A DNA stretch of 64,000 nucleotides from Macrostomum lignano (Eukaryota): NCBI GenBank assembly GCA_002269645.1, contig NIVC01000561.1:1-64000 (forward strand). Direction: 5' to 3'. Position numbers and translations under genes: made by a program. Shown piece after piece: positions 47,303-60,705 of the stretch (positions are counted from its first letter, which is position 1; each line of letters starts with the position of its first letter). The notes below the pieces were generated by a model that was not told the DNA's origin, did no database searches, and worked only from the letters and a program-made list of their open reading frames with translations.

Positions 47303-50300
47303 TGCCCCAGGAGGCCCTGGTCTACCTGGGCGTAGTCCTCGGCCTGGTGCTTGCTCTGATCGTGTTCGGGCTCTACCTGTACCGTCTGCTGTGCTTCGCT
47401 CACAGCCCGGGTTTGCGCTGCCTTGAGACAAAACCGGCGGCAACCGCTTCTGTGGCGGTCAGAGGCAGAGCCTTTGATGTTGCCGTCAGCTCGTCGGCTG
47501 CTCCTTCAGCAGCTTCTCGCATAGTCGGTGTCGGATGCGGCGGAGAGTCTGTGCGACTGCTCAGATTGAATGGTAGGTTCATAGGGCCTGGAAGGAGGGG
47601 TAGTGGCGGCACATCAAAGGACTTGTAGGAAGGGTAGCGGCGGCACATCAAAGGACTTGTAGGAGGGGTAGTGGCGGCACATCAAAGAACTTGTAGGACA
47701 GGTAGTGGCGGCACATCAAATGACTTGTAGGAGGGGTAGTGGCAGCACATCAAAGGACCTGGAAGAGGGGTAGCGGCGGCACATCAAAGAACTTGTAGGA
47801 CAGGTAGTGGCGGCACATCAAATGACTTGTAGGAGGGGTAGTGGCAGCACATCAAAGGACCTGGAAGAGGGGTAGCGGCGGCACATCAAAGAACTTGTAG
47901 GACAGGTAGTGGCGGCACATCAAAGGACCTGGAAGAGGGATAGCGGCGGCGCATCAAGGACTTGTAGGAGGGGTAGTGGCGGCACATCAAAGGACCTGGA
48001 GGAGGGGTAGTGGCGGCACATCAAAGGACCTGGAGGAGGGGTAGTGGCGGCACATCAAAGGACCTGGAGGAGGGGTAGTGGCGGCACATCAAAGGACCTG
48101 GAAGAGGGGTAGTGGCGGCACATCAAAGGACCTGGAGGAGGGGTAGTGGCGGCACATCAAAGGACCTGGAAGAGGGGTAGTGGCGGCACATCAAAGGACC
48201 TGGAGGAGGGGTAGTGGCGGCACATCAAAGGACCTGGAAGAGGGGTAGTGGCGGCACATCAAAGGACCTGGAGGAGGGGTAGTTGCGGCACATCAAAGGA
48301 CCTGGAAGAGGGGCTAGTAGCGGCACATCAAAGGAGAGCAATTTGATAAGTATAAGCAAGAAGGCGCTTATTGATAAAATGTGGTTAAGTTTTATTTTGT
48401 CATAACACCGGTTTAGTAAATAAATTTTCAGACGATGGCGATCAAGACGATAGTGACTCAATAGGAGATTCTGAGCAAAATCAGATTCATCATCAACACC
48501 AGGAGCATCGGCTTCAGAGGCAACATCAACAGAGGAACAATTCGTCAGTAGAGAATCGACAGGAGTCTGAAAATTTGATCATGGCTGACCGTGTTGCTGT
48601 CTCTGCATCCAATCAATCCCAGCAGCCGGAGCCTCATCACTTGGCTAGTGAAGAACGGAGCTATTCGAATGTAGAAGCTTTCGATGTAAGTGTAGGATTG
48701 AAAGTTAGCTTATATCTAAATTAGTAATTGGGTAGAGCTTGTGGGTCAGGGTGTTAATGGGTCAGGGTGTTAATGGGTCAGGGTGTTAATGGGTCAGGGT
48801 GTTAATGGGTCATGGTGTTATTGGGTCAAGACGTTACTTAGTCAGGATATTAATGGGTCAAGATGTTATTAAATCAGGATGGTAATGGGTCAAGGTGTTG
48901 ATAGGACAAGGCGTTAATGGGTCATGCTTAGGGTGTTAATGGGTCATGTTAATGGGTCACGGTGTAAATAGATCAGGTGATAATTGGTCATTGTGTTAAT
49001 GGGTCTGGGTCAGGGTGATAATTGGTCAAGGTGTTAATGGATCAAAATGTTAATGGGTCAAGATGTTATCAGGTCAAAGCGCTAGTGAGTCGAGTAGCAA
49101 TGTGTCAAATAACTAGTTGGTCAAGGTGTCAGTGTGAGTCAAGAACTAGTGGGTCGAACAGCTAATAGGCCATCTGTAGATTAATTTTAAGCATTGCTCA
49201 TGGCTATGTGAGATTACTAATGAGAGTAGCTGAAGAACAATGAAAGATTATTAAACGCCTATTTTGTGTAGAAATCATGAGACAATAATATTGTGTCTAT
49301 GGTTTTAGGCTTTGATAATGCTCAAAGTCACGAGCATTATCTCATGCTTCGCCACTTCGCCACTCGTGACTTTGAGCATTATCAGAGCCTAAAACCATAG
49401 ACACAACTAACCATTATCAAACGGTTGATAATGCATGACTAAATTTAGATACCGTCTATGGTAATTCGTCAGAAACTTTGGTCTTAAATGTTCTAAGTTA
49501 CAGCGAAGACTTCTCAGTTTTTCATTTTAAGCCGTCTTCGCTTGCCTGCCTTAAACATGACCGCTACGCATCTTATCAATTGGTCTCATCTGCCGGTTGA
49601 TAGTCTCGATGGCGTTTCATCCAGCGAATACATCGTCAAGCACGATGGACGTGAGTAACCAGAACATTACACTTAGTAGGCAGAACGTCTCAACTATCTT
49701 CACGGATTGTCATTTCTCTGGCTGCACTTTCAACTTGAATGGTTAGAGACATCTGCGTCATTGAGAATTGCAACTATAAACAACTAAAAACTGTAAACTG
49801 TTCATTGCTTAACCATTGAAGCTGATTTCTCGTTGATATGAAAAACAAACTCGCAGTTCCACCATAGTCTATGGTAGATGTTGAAAAGTTGGCGTTTGAT
49901 AATCACAAAATTACACAACGAGAAATAATAAGAGAAAGAATGTGACAATAGACTATTCTATGGTGGAACAATGAATAGTAAATATTATTAATAATAACTC
50001 AGAGCCTGCTGCTCTCGACCCTCCCCAGGCGCAACCTCTGCCGGCGCCCACTCAAGCACCTACAGCTTGGCTAGAAGTGTCCATCAACCATCACTGTCAA
50101 ACATTCTCTGGCCAAGGCTGCCTAGAGATTTTAGTTGCCAGGGCAGCTGGCATTCAAACTATACCTGTTGGGGAATCGATTGAGGTTGGCGGCCCCGTGT
50201 CCGCCCAGGTGGTGGCGCTGCTGTCTACGGATGCTGGCGAAGTCAGGCGGCTGCGCACTCGCACGGCTGGCATCGGGGCGAGCGCTGGCGGCGTGTCCGT

Positions 50301-52862
50301 GTTCGGCGATGCCCTCAGCTTCGAGGCTGTGCAGTGCGGTGAGGCTGGCTTGTCCTGCACCTGTCCTTGCTCCAGATCCTTCATCTCACTGCACCTGTCC
50401 TGCTCCAGATCCTTCATCTCACTGCACCTGTCCTGCTCCAGATCCTTCATCTCACTGCACCTGTCCTGCTCATCCAGATCCTTCATCTCACTGCACCTGT
50501 CCTGCTCATCCAGATCCTTCATCTCACTGCACTTGTCCTGCTCATCCAGATCCTTCATCTCACTGCACCTGTCCTGCTCATCCAGATCCTTCATCTCACT
50601 GCACTTGTCCTGCTCATCCAGATCCTTCATCTCACTGCACCTGTCCTGCTCATCCAGATCCTTCATCTCACTGCACTTGTCCTGCTCATCCAGATCCTTC
50701 ATCTCACTGCACCTGTCCTGCTCATCCAGATCCTTCATCTCACTGCACCTGTCCTGCTCATCCAGATCCTTCATCTCACTGCACCTGTCCTGCTCATCCA
50801 GATCCTTCATCTCACTGCACCTGTCCTGCTCATCCAGATCCTTCATCTCACTGCACCTGTCCTGCTCATCCAGATCCTTCATCTCACTGCACCTGTCCTG
50901 CTTCCCGTAGTGGATGCAAAATCAAGTCAAAGGCAATTAGAAATGAATGATTCATATTTTAATTTACCACAGCCGACCTGCCGCTGCTCACTCTCCGACT
51001 CCGGCTGTACGCCTGCCCGTACGTTGAGTCCAGGCGGTGCCTGCTAGCATCGAGTTGCTTAGCCGCAGCCGAGCTCAAGAGTGCAGCCGCTTGTCACACA
51101 AACGCGCCATCGCGATCTTGGGCAGCATCTCGGCGAAATTCAGGAATTATTCGACTGCCTTTGATCCCATCCGCCGATCAGTCCGCTTGGGTATGATGAG
51201 CCAAGCGTAATCTAATAAAATATAACAATGCGCGGTTTATCTACTCTAAGTAGAAATATAAACATTTTGTCATTATTTTTCCACTATTGTGCTTGAAAGT
51301 GATAAGGAGCGCTATTTTATTGCAGGACTCGGATACGGGCTTCTCGGAGACTTCGAGTATCGCAGGCCAGGGTGGTGATAACGATGGCGACTTGGGCGCT
51401 GGGAGCATCGCCGATGCCTCTGAGGCTGGCAAGATTGTGTCGGGTGCCACTAATGCTGCCGCTGCAACGGCTGCTGCTCAATCGCTAAGCAGTCTAATAG
51501 GACAATCAGAACTTTTTATTGGATTGACGTACAATCAATTGACTGGTCAATTGGGAATCGAGGTGCTCAAGGGCAGCGGATTAAGGCGGCAGAGCAGCAC
51601 AGGCAAGCCACCAGGTAAGATGTGTTTGAGGTGATGTGCTTGCCTGAAATGCCTTATCTGTAGTGCTGTGCTCTGATTGGCTGCTGTATCTTATCTCCTG
51701 TTTTCTGATTGGCTGCTGTATCTTATCTCCTGTTTTCTGATTGGCTGCTGTATCTTATCTCCTGTTTTATGATTGGCTGCTGCATCTTATCTCCTGTGCT
51801 GTGATTGGCTGCTGTAGCTTATCTCCTGTGCTGTGATTGGCTGCTGTATCTAATCTCCTGCGTTGTGATTGGCTGCTCTCACTGCTCCAAGCACAAAAAC
51901 CACGTGGGAATCCTTGCAGACACCCTGGTGAAGCTGTGCCTGGAGTTCGCATCAACTGGCCAGGCTCTGTTCCGCTGCAAGACCAGCTGCGCCAGTGGAA
52001 CGCCGCATCCAATGTGGAAGGAGAATTTTGTGTTTCCACTGAACAAATTCCAACTGGTTGACGCGTCAGTCTTTGTATGCGTCTTTGTTAGGAAGCCGAT
52101 TTTGAACCGACAGGAAATGCTCGGCTGGGTTGCTCTGGGTGAGGCTCTTTCTTTTGCCATATGTTTTATTAGCTGCCGATATGTATCGATTTTTTTTTGG
52201 AGCTATCGATTAGTATTAAATTGTGAAATTTTAAACTACCGAGCTGTATCGATTATGCAAATCTGAAGCTACCGATATGTATCGATTATGCAAATCTGAA
52301 GCTACCGATATGTATCGATTATTCAAATCTGAAGCTACCGATATGTATCGATTATGCAAATCTGAAGCTACCGATATGTATCGATTATGCAAATCTGAAG
52401 CTACCGATATGTATCGATTATGTTAATTTATAGGCAGAGATATGTATCATTATATGACTTTGAAGTTACGGATATGTATCGATTTTGTAAATTAAAAGCC
52501 ACCGATATGTATTGCTTCTGTAAATTTAAAGCTACCGATATGTATCGATTCTGTAAATTAAAAGCTACCGATATGTACCGATTCTGCGCATTTGAAGCTA
52601 CCGATATGTATCTAAAAATATTTTTTTGGGAAGTAGTGTTTCAAGTAGCTTAAAAGGCACTTTATTATGTGTAGGTCATTTTATTTATTAAAATTTTTAT
52701 GCTTTTCATATTATTCTCGTAACATATTTGTTACCAGGTCGCAAAAGCAGCGGCGAGGAGGAACGGGCTCACTGGCAGGACATGCTGGACTTTGGCGGCA
52801 CCCAAATCTGCCGTTGGCACCGATTGCTGCCCGCCACCGACTATGCGGGACCCAAGCCGTGA
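47303..52862 (+). CDS. SYT14: Synaptotagmin-14-like protein (N-terminal TM, acidic linker, divergent C2A, C2B); first exon not located
   Basis: Exons 47303-47572 (PQEALVYLGVVLGLVLALIVFGLYLYRLLCF, TM), 48432-48685, 49518-49650, 50003-50338, 50973-51190, 51326-51614 (ELFIGLTYNQLTGQLGIEVLKG), 51920-52138 (CKTS...PHPMWKENFVF...EMLGWVALG), 52738-52862 (SSGEEERAHWQDM...ICRWHRLL, TGA). The C2B and C-terminus match my recollection of SYT14/16; the TM helix favours SYT14. Confidence 0.85.
47590..48335. repeat. 33-34-bp intronic minisatellite (ggaggggtagtggcggcacatcaaaggacctgga)
   Basis: Direct reading; begins just after the donor at 47573. Confidence 0.95.
49291..49406. repeat. Long inverted repeat (44-bp arms, 28-nt loop)
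   Basis: ttgtgtctatggttttaggctttgataatgctcaaagtcacgag ... ctcgtgactttgagcattatcagagcctaaaaccatagacacaa, one mismatch. Confidence 0.9.
50355..50900. repeat. 36-bp intronic minisatellite within the C2A region of the SYT14-like gene
   Basis: ctgtcctgctcatccagatccttcatctcactgcac; starts just after the donor at 50339. Confidence 0.97.
51665..51875. repeat. 32-bp repeat containing ctgattggct
   Basis: Direct reading. Confidence 0.9.
52235..52615. repeat. 33-bp repeat (gctaccgatatgtatcgattatgcaaatctgaa), degenerating rightwards
   Basis: Direct reading. Confidence 0.9.
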
Positions 52863-53870
52863 CCTCAGGCATGACAGCCGGGCCTAATAGTTCTTATTTT
52901 ATTATATTGATTATATCTTTTGATTCAATTTGTAAATTATAACGCACATGCGTCGTATACTCTACTGTTTGCCTACTAAGTGTTTTTTGTGTTGTAATCG
53001 AAATCGTGTAGTATTTTTCTCAGCGATCAGTCTGAATTAGCAAAAGCGGCATAATGTTTTGTACAGCAATATTAGATATTTATTATTAATTAATAATTGC
53101 CACTAATAGTCTAATATCAGTCTATGCCACAAGATACTTGCTGAATCGTTTTTATCGATTGTTGTAATATTGAGATTTTATACACTTGGCTATATTATAG
53201 CTCATATTTTTTGTTCCATTGCACATTTGCGCACTTTTTTAACTCTAATAAAAATACAATCTAAATCTGGTTCTAAGCTTAATCTTGAATAGTTATGTCT
53301 CTTTTATTTTAGCTCGTACTAAGAAAAGGACTTTTCATCGTGTTGAAGATAACGAAGGTCCGGGATACAGCCCAGAGGTCCAGCGCGGCGCTTTGATATG
53401 CCAGCGACCCAGGCTCGATTCCAAGTGCAGTCGCATTAATTTGGGGCTTAATTGGAATCTCGGCTTGGCTCTGCTCGTGCAATTAACGCCCATATTGAGG
53501 GCCAACCCCCAAGGCCCAGTGAAGTGTACATGCCTAACGATAAATAAAGTTAGGGCTGCTGTACACTCCTGTGTGAGTGTGTGCCTGTGCGTATGACTGC
53601 TTAACGTATCCGCGCGCTTGTGTGCCTGCTCAAGTGAGTCGGTGGAATTGGCAGATAATGTCACCTAAAGTGCGCTAGGGTGCACACAGCCCCCTGCCTC
53701 TAAATAACTGAAAAAAACTAAGCTATTGTGTAGGGATTAGTGCGACCCCAATATGTCACTTCCTAAGTATGTATTACCCATCCACCCATCATCAGCTTTG
53801 CTTGCTGTCTTCCTTCAGCGCCATTAACATACAGACATTGGCCGAAACTCAGTGACAGTTTTTCTTTCCA

Positions 53871-55629
53871 ATGCGTTGGCTTCCGCCTGCCGCCGCCGTT
53901 GCCACAGCGGCAGCCTCCGGGGTGTACCTCTCGTCGCCTTCGGATCCGAAGTCACCTCAGATGAAGCTGTTGCCAAGGTCAGAGCGGGCCGACAACTCGG
54001 AGGCGCTCACTGCGCTTCGTCGCCGGTGTCTCACCTCGCTGACAATACGTCGCGAAGAGGCCGCAGCTCCCGGCATGTCGCTGTGCGTGTCGCTTGGAGG
54101 TCGGAGACTCCTGAGCGGTGGCGTCGGTTTTGCTGACGTTGAGAACCTGATACCGTGTAATGAGCGCAGCGTTCTGCGAGTGGCCAGCATTAGTAAGTGC
54201 TTCACCGCTGTGCTGGCCGCTCAGATGATGGAGGCTGGGCAGATGGATTTCGACAAACCCGTTGGCGAGTACCTGACGGAGCCGGAGATGAAGGTTAGCA
54301 GCCAATCAGATCTCTAGTTGGAGTTCAGAATGATAGCGGAGGGTGGGTGCTGTTTATTAGCCAATCAGATCTCTAGCTAGAGTTCAGAATGATAGCGGAG
54401 GGTGGGTGTTGTTTATTAGCCAATCAGATCTCTAGCTAGAGTTCAGAATGATAGCGGAGGGCGGGTGCTGTTTATCAGCCAATCAGAGAGCTCTAGGAAG
54501 GTTCAGGAATGACAACGCAGTAATTCGCTCTCAATCAAGCAATAATTCTGGGTGAACTTGCAGAAATTCAGCCGCATGACAGTGCGCCAGCTCCTCAGTC
54601 ACACGGCCGGAGTTCGTTCTTATCACCGCACGGATTCTGACGAACTGGAGAATCCCGAGTACTACATAACTAAGTACTATGCTAGTGCAACTGAAGCCAC
54701 TAAGGAGTTGCTGTGCAACGATAAGGAAGCAATCGCCTCTGAGCCGCCGGGAAGCCAGTTTCTGTACAGCACGCACGGTTACACGCTTTTAGGAGCAGTT
54801 TTGGAACGGCTTAGCGGAGACCAGCCGATTGATAGTCTGCTCAAGAAGCTGTTTGTTCAAATGGGCCTCTCCTCTGGCACTGTGCCGGAGCAGCACGCGC
54901 CTATTATACGCAATAGAGCTCGGCAATATCAGCGGAGTAAAAACTCTCCCAGTACACTAAATAATGCGGCCTATATTGACAATAGCTATAAGTACTCTGG
55001 TGGTGGCGTGCTGTCCTGCGCTGAGGATCTGGTGGCTTTCGGTGAATTAATGATGCGCTGCGCCAATGGCGAGGACTGTAACGGTGAGGAGGAATTATAG
55101 TTAAGATTAGACTGCAAAGAGCTAATACTGGCGTGATTATTCTGACCAATCATGATTCTTGACTAGCGAAGAGTGGGGTGGGTGGGTGTTATTATTCTGA
55201 CCATTTAGGAGTCTTGACTAGCAAGTAGTGGTGTGCATATGGTTATATTCGCTTATCAGGATGCTATTTTATCTCCTCTATTTCTTAGGCATTCTAAAGC
55301 CGGACACAATTAAAATGTTGTGGAGCGCGGTGCCAGGCACAAAAGTAAACTGGGGCGTCGCATTCACGGGTCCCTACTGCCTGGGATTCGGCACAGCCAA
55401 CTACAGAGGCGAGCAGATTGTACTGCACACCGGGGCAAGCATTGGCGGTACTAGCATCCTGCTGATGGTACCGCGTATCGGCGCCGTGATTGCCGTGATC
55501 TGCAATCTGCAGCGCGTGAGTCTTACGGGCTTGGCAGTCTCAATTCTGGACGCTGTTTTTGACTATGTTCAGGAGACTGCCGCGTGTGCCGAACCGTCTA
55601 CGGAGGTATCGGCTTTCGCGAGATTTTAA
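53871..55629 (+). CDS. LACTB: Serine beta-lactamase-like protein LACTB (3 exons)
   Basis: Exons 53871-54293, 54564-55083 and 55289-55629, phase-consistent; PBP/beta-lactamase motifs SISK (SxxK), YST (LACTB variant of YxN) and HTG; also RQLLSHTAGVRSY, YKYSGGG and an Ala/Arg/Ser-rich presequence-like N-terminus. Confidence 0.93.
54296..54490. repeat. 59-bp unit x3 in LACTB intron 1
   Basis: ccaatcagatctctag recurs at 54302, 54361 and 54420. Confidence 0.9.
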
Positions 55630-56380
55630 CCGAGCTTGGCTTTGTGATACGTCACTCGTGCGCTATTTTAATAATGTCGCGTAGTTTTAAACTGCATTTT
55701 CATTTTGAAAAGTCCTGTCCTATTTAGAAATATAACTAATATAGAAATATAGCCAATCAGAGCTGAGAGAGGGGAAAGAGAGTCTAAGTGGAGTGAGGTT
55801 GGTGGCGAGTTTATCAACCAATCAGAGCTGAGCCATGGGAAAGAGAGTCCAAGTGAGGCCGAGCTTATCAGCCAATCAGCAGAGTGTAGTAAAAATACTC
55901 TAATCTCCTTTTTATTACTCAGCCTTTCTCGTTTGATCGAAGATCTTTTTGCATGTTCTATGCAAATGTTTAAAAAATATGTTTAATCAATGCGTTTTTA
56001 ATAGTGACTTATAAGGATATTGTTTACCCCGTATCTTGATTTGATTCATTTTCTAACAATATACCGTTATAATTACGAGTATTAGCCAGCATTCACCACT
56101 TGATTGGCATTATTATTAATAAACTGTCTGTTGTTTTTCTAGACTCTTAATTTGTCATTTGTATTTGTCTTAGTAGGCAATAAGTATTATAATAATCGTG
56201 CTTAAAACGAAAATTTCAACTTTCAATTTTAACATTTCAAGTTTTTTAAAAAACTTTAAAACAACCGCCATGTGCATCCTGGATACTCCAATCATCTGAG
56301 TGAATCTTTCCTTTAAGCAGGCAAACTCGTTTTTTAAAGATGGAACTGTGAGGAAGAAAAGAGCATAAATGTAGATAGAT

Positions 56381-56384
<4 letters not shown>

Positions 56385-56443
<59 letters not shown>

Positions 56444-57720
56444 GGACACTAAGGCAGAGCGACAGACAGACAGACAAGACACTAAGGCAGAGCGACAGAC
56501 AAACAGACAGACAGACACTAAGGCAGATAGACAATAAGACAGACAGACACTAAGGCTGATAGACACTAAAACAGACAGACAGACACTAAGACAGACAGAC
56601 ACTAAGGCAGATAGACACTAAGACAGACAGAAACTAAGACAGACAGACACTAAGGCAGATAGACACTAAGACAGACAGACAGACACTAAGACAGACAGAC
56701 ACTAAGGCAGATAGACAATAAGACAGACAGACACTAAGACAGACAGACAATAAGACAGATAGACACTAAGGCAGATAGACACTAAGACAGACAGACAGAC
56801 ACTAAGACAGACAGACACTAAGGCAGATAGACACTAAGGCTGATAGACACTAAGACAGACAGACACTAAGGCTGATAGACACTAAGACAGACAGACACTA
56901 AGGCTGATAGACACTAAGACAGACAGACACTAAGGCAGATAGACACTAAGACAGACAGACACTCTAAGGCTGATAGACACTAAGACAGACAGACACTAAG
57001 GCAGATAGACACTAAGGCAGACAGACACTAAGGCTGATAGACACTAAGACAGACAGACACTAAGGCTGATAGACACTAAGACAGACAGACACTAAGGCAG
57101 ATAGACACTAAGACAGACAGACACTCTAAGGCTGATAGACACTAAGACAGACAGACACTAAGGCAGATAGACACTAAGGCAGACAGACACTAAGGCTGAT
57201 AGACACTAAGACAGACAGACACTAAGGTAGATAGACACTAAGGTAGACAGACACTAAGGCTGATAGACACTAAGACAGACAGACAATAAGACAGATAGAC
57301 ACTAAGGCAGATAGACACTAAGACAGACAGACAGACACTAAGACAGACAGACACTAAGGCAGATAGACAATAAGACAGACAGACACTAAGGCAGATAGAC
57401 ACTAAGGCTGATAGACACTAAGACAGACAGACACTAAGGCTGATAGACACTAAGACAGACAGACACTAAGGCTGATAGACACTAAGACAGACAGACACTA
57501 AGGCAGATAGACACTAAGACAGACAGACACTAAGGCTGATAGACACTAAGACAGACAGACACTAAGGCAGATAGACACTAAGGCAGACAGACACTAAGGC
57601 TGATAGACACTAAGACAGACAGACACTAAGGCAGATAGACACTAAGGTAGACAGACACTAAGGCTGATAGACACTAAGACAGACAGACACTAAGGCAGAT
57701 AGACACTAAGACAGACAAAT
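56385..57720. repeat. Compound satellite built from (AGAC)n and agacactaag/ggc[a/t]gat units
   Basis: Direct reading. Confidence 0.95.
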
Positions 57721-58014
57721 AACATTCATTGATATTGAAAACTATTTACACATCAGCCAAAAACAATATCGGGTGTAGCTGCATTCTCTGTTGCGTCTGC
57801 AAAGCTGCCAGAGCATCGAAGAAGGCTTCATGTGCTGGTGTTTGAGTGTAAAAATTCAGTACATTCTCAGAGGAGTTCTACCGTTAAGCACTCAGTCAGC
57901 TGAGACAGTTTTTGCATTTATGTGCCGCATAAGGGATAAAGAGTTGCTCTATTGGAATTTTTTCTACATTTTCGGCATCAATTCCTGTCTCTTGTACTTG
58001 ACGTGAACTCTCAA

Positions 58015-58570
58015 AGATTTAGGTTTAGGTTTTTGTTATGTATTTAGGTTTAGGGTTTAGATTAAGTTTAGGGATTATGGTTACGGCTGGGTTTACAGGT
58101 TAGGTTTAGAGCTAGGCTTGGTTACTTTAGGTTAGGTTTACGGCTAGGGTTTACGTTAGGTTAGGGTTATGCTTTTAGATTAAGTCTAGGGGTTACAGTT
58201 ACTGCTTGGTTTAGGTTAGGTTAGGCCTTAGGATTATGCTTTTAGATTAAGTCTAGGGGTTACGGTTACGGCTTGGTTTAGGTTAGGTTAGGGTTATGCT
58301 TTTAGATTAAGTCTATAGGGGTTACAGTTACGGCTTGGTTTAGGTTAGGTTAGGGTTATGCTTTTAGATTAAGTCTAGGGGTTACGGTTACGGCTTGGTT
58401 AAGGTTACTTTAGGTTAGGTTTAGGGTTACGGCTAGGGTTTAGGTTAGGTTGAGGTTTACGCTAGGTTAGGATTAAGTTTTAGGTTATGGCTCTAGGATT
58501 CGAGGTTTTAGGGTTTATATTACGATTATTAGGTTAATTTTTTTAAAGTTTAGGTTAGGGTTTAGGTTCG
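58015..58570 (+). repeat. Degenerate interstitial telomere-like TTAGG/TTAGGG tract with three ~65-70-bp higher-order copies
   Basis: Many ttagg/ttaggg units; gggttatgcttttagattaagtcta repeated. Confidence 0.75.
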
Positions 58571-59129
58571 TCAGTCATTTATAGTAGTGAGTTTAAATTG
58601 TCGTATAGACCTCTCTATTACTGCTTACGAACCGATACTCAAATGCATACAGTTGTATGCGAGGCTGCAGCCCAGAGCGGTTTTCTCTGCTTCTAATAGT
58701 TGCTCTTTATTGTCCCTGCAAGCCAGCCATACCGCCTCATGGCTTGCTGCACCTGTTTGCTTGCCTCAGCTGTTCTGGCGGGGTGGGGCCCGCACCTTAT
58801 AGCGGTCATAAATATCAAATTTAAGAGTGTAAATTTCCGTTCCCGTGCATCTGCCCACTGCTCAACTATATTGAGTCTATTGAGTACAGGTACATTTAGT
58901 TTACATTGCACGCAGTGTGCTCGTGCTATACAGCAGCTGCAGTATCCATCTGGACTGAGAATTTTCCATCTTAATAGAAAAGTAGAATAAATTTTATACA
59001 TTTTCCGGCAGGGGTTGCGAGGGGGTCAGCTGACCCTCCGCTCCCAGGGGGGGGAAATCCTAGATTCGGTCTTTTAGATAATTGTAGATAATTGCGAGCG
59101 GCATCTTTAAAGCGCCGAATGTTAGATTT

Positions 59130-59785
59130 TAGCGTTATATACTAGATTTTAGCGTCATAGACTAGATTTTAGCGTCATAGACTAGATTTTAGCGTCATAG
59201 ACTAGATTTTAGCGTCATAGACTAGATTTTAGCGCCACAGGCTAGATTTTAGCGCCACAGGCTAGAGTTTAGCGCCACAGGCTAGATTTTAGCGCCACAG
59301 GCTAGAGTTTAGCGCCACAGGCTAGAGTTTAGCGCCACAGGCTAGAGTTTAGCGCCACAGGCTAGAGTTTAGCGCCACAGGGTAGAGTTTAGCGCCACAG
59401 GCTAGATTTTAGCGCCACAGGGTAGAGTTTAGCGCCACAGGCTAGATTTTAGCGCCGCAAGCTAGATTTTAGCGCCACAGGCTAGAGTTTAGCGCCACAG
59501 GCTACATTTTAGTGCCACAGGCTAGAGTTTAGCGCCACAGGCTACATTTTAGTGCCACAGGCTAGAGTTTAGCGCCACAGGCTAGATTTTAGCGCCACAG
59601 GCTAGAGTTTAGCGCCACAGGCTAGATTTTAGCGCCACATGCTAGAGTTTAGCGCCACAGGCTAGATTTTAGCGCGACAGGCTAGAGTTTAGCGCTACAG
59701 GCTAGAGTTTAGCGCCACGGGCTAGATTTTAGCGCCACAAGCTAGATTTTAGCGCCACAGGCTAGATTTTAGCGCCACACGTTAG
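59130..59785. repeat. 20-bp minisatellite (gctagattttagcgccacag)
   Basis: Direct reading. Confidence 0.97.
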
Positions 59786-60389
59786 ATTTTGACAGAGATC
59801 ATGATGCCCCTCCGATTTAAACTGGGGGAGGTAAACGAACCCCTCCCCCACCCCATGGATGGCTAGCCCATTGCAGTGAATGAATAGGCTCCACAACGAA
59901 GTCAAGTACATGTAACTGTGCAATGCAGTATTTTTCAAGTGTCGAGTAGATTTACAGTTTAGCAATAACCGTACTGAACTCGAGATGCGGAATCGAGATA
60001 AGCGGCCCAATTAAATCTTCGATTCCTGCAGCGCCCGAGGGTGGATTCCGATGTAGTGCATGGCATTTTCGCTGCTGGGAAATCAATGTGGGGACAAATC
60101 GAGGCCATGCGAAGTCAACTCCATCTGAGACGTGCTAACCCATATATACACTGCAAAAGTACACGCATATCAGTGGGGCTATACTGTAGCCACACAGTCA
60201 GTATCGCGTTTCGAGCGGATATCGAAAAACAATTTTTTTCAAGTAAAAAAGTACACACAAAAACTGCAGTCCCTATTTTGATACAAATATAGCATCCTAG
60301 ATCCAGTTTAATGACTGCTTTGAGCAACGAAAAATTCGGTCAAACTTTATGCGGGATACAGGATAATAATATTATGTATGTAATTTGCC

Positions 60390-60705
60390 TGAGCAGAGGG
60401 AGCGTGAGCAGTGGAGAGTGAACATGACAGAGTGAGAAGTGGAGAGTCGAATGAGATGGGAAAGTGAGTACGGAGAGTGAGTTGAGAAAGGGAGAGTGAG
60501 TAGAGGAGAGAGTAGGGGAGAGTGAGAAGGGGAGGGTGAGTAGGGAGAATGAGTAGGGTGAGTGAAATGGAAGAGTAAGTGGGGAGAGTGAGATGGAGAG
60601 AGTGAGTAGGGAGAGTGAGATGGAAGAGTGAGTAGGTGAGAGTGAGATGGAGAGAGAGTATGAGAGTGAGAAGGGGAGGGTGAGTAGGGAAGAGTGAGTA
60701 GTGTG
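60390..60705. repeat. Degenerate GA(GT)-rich tract
   Basis: Direct reading. Confidence 0.8.
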
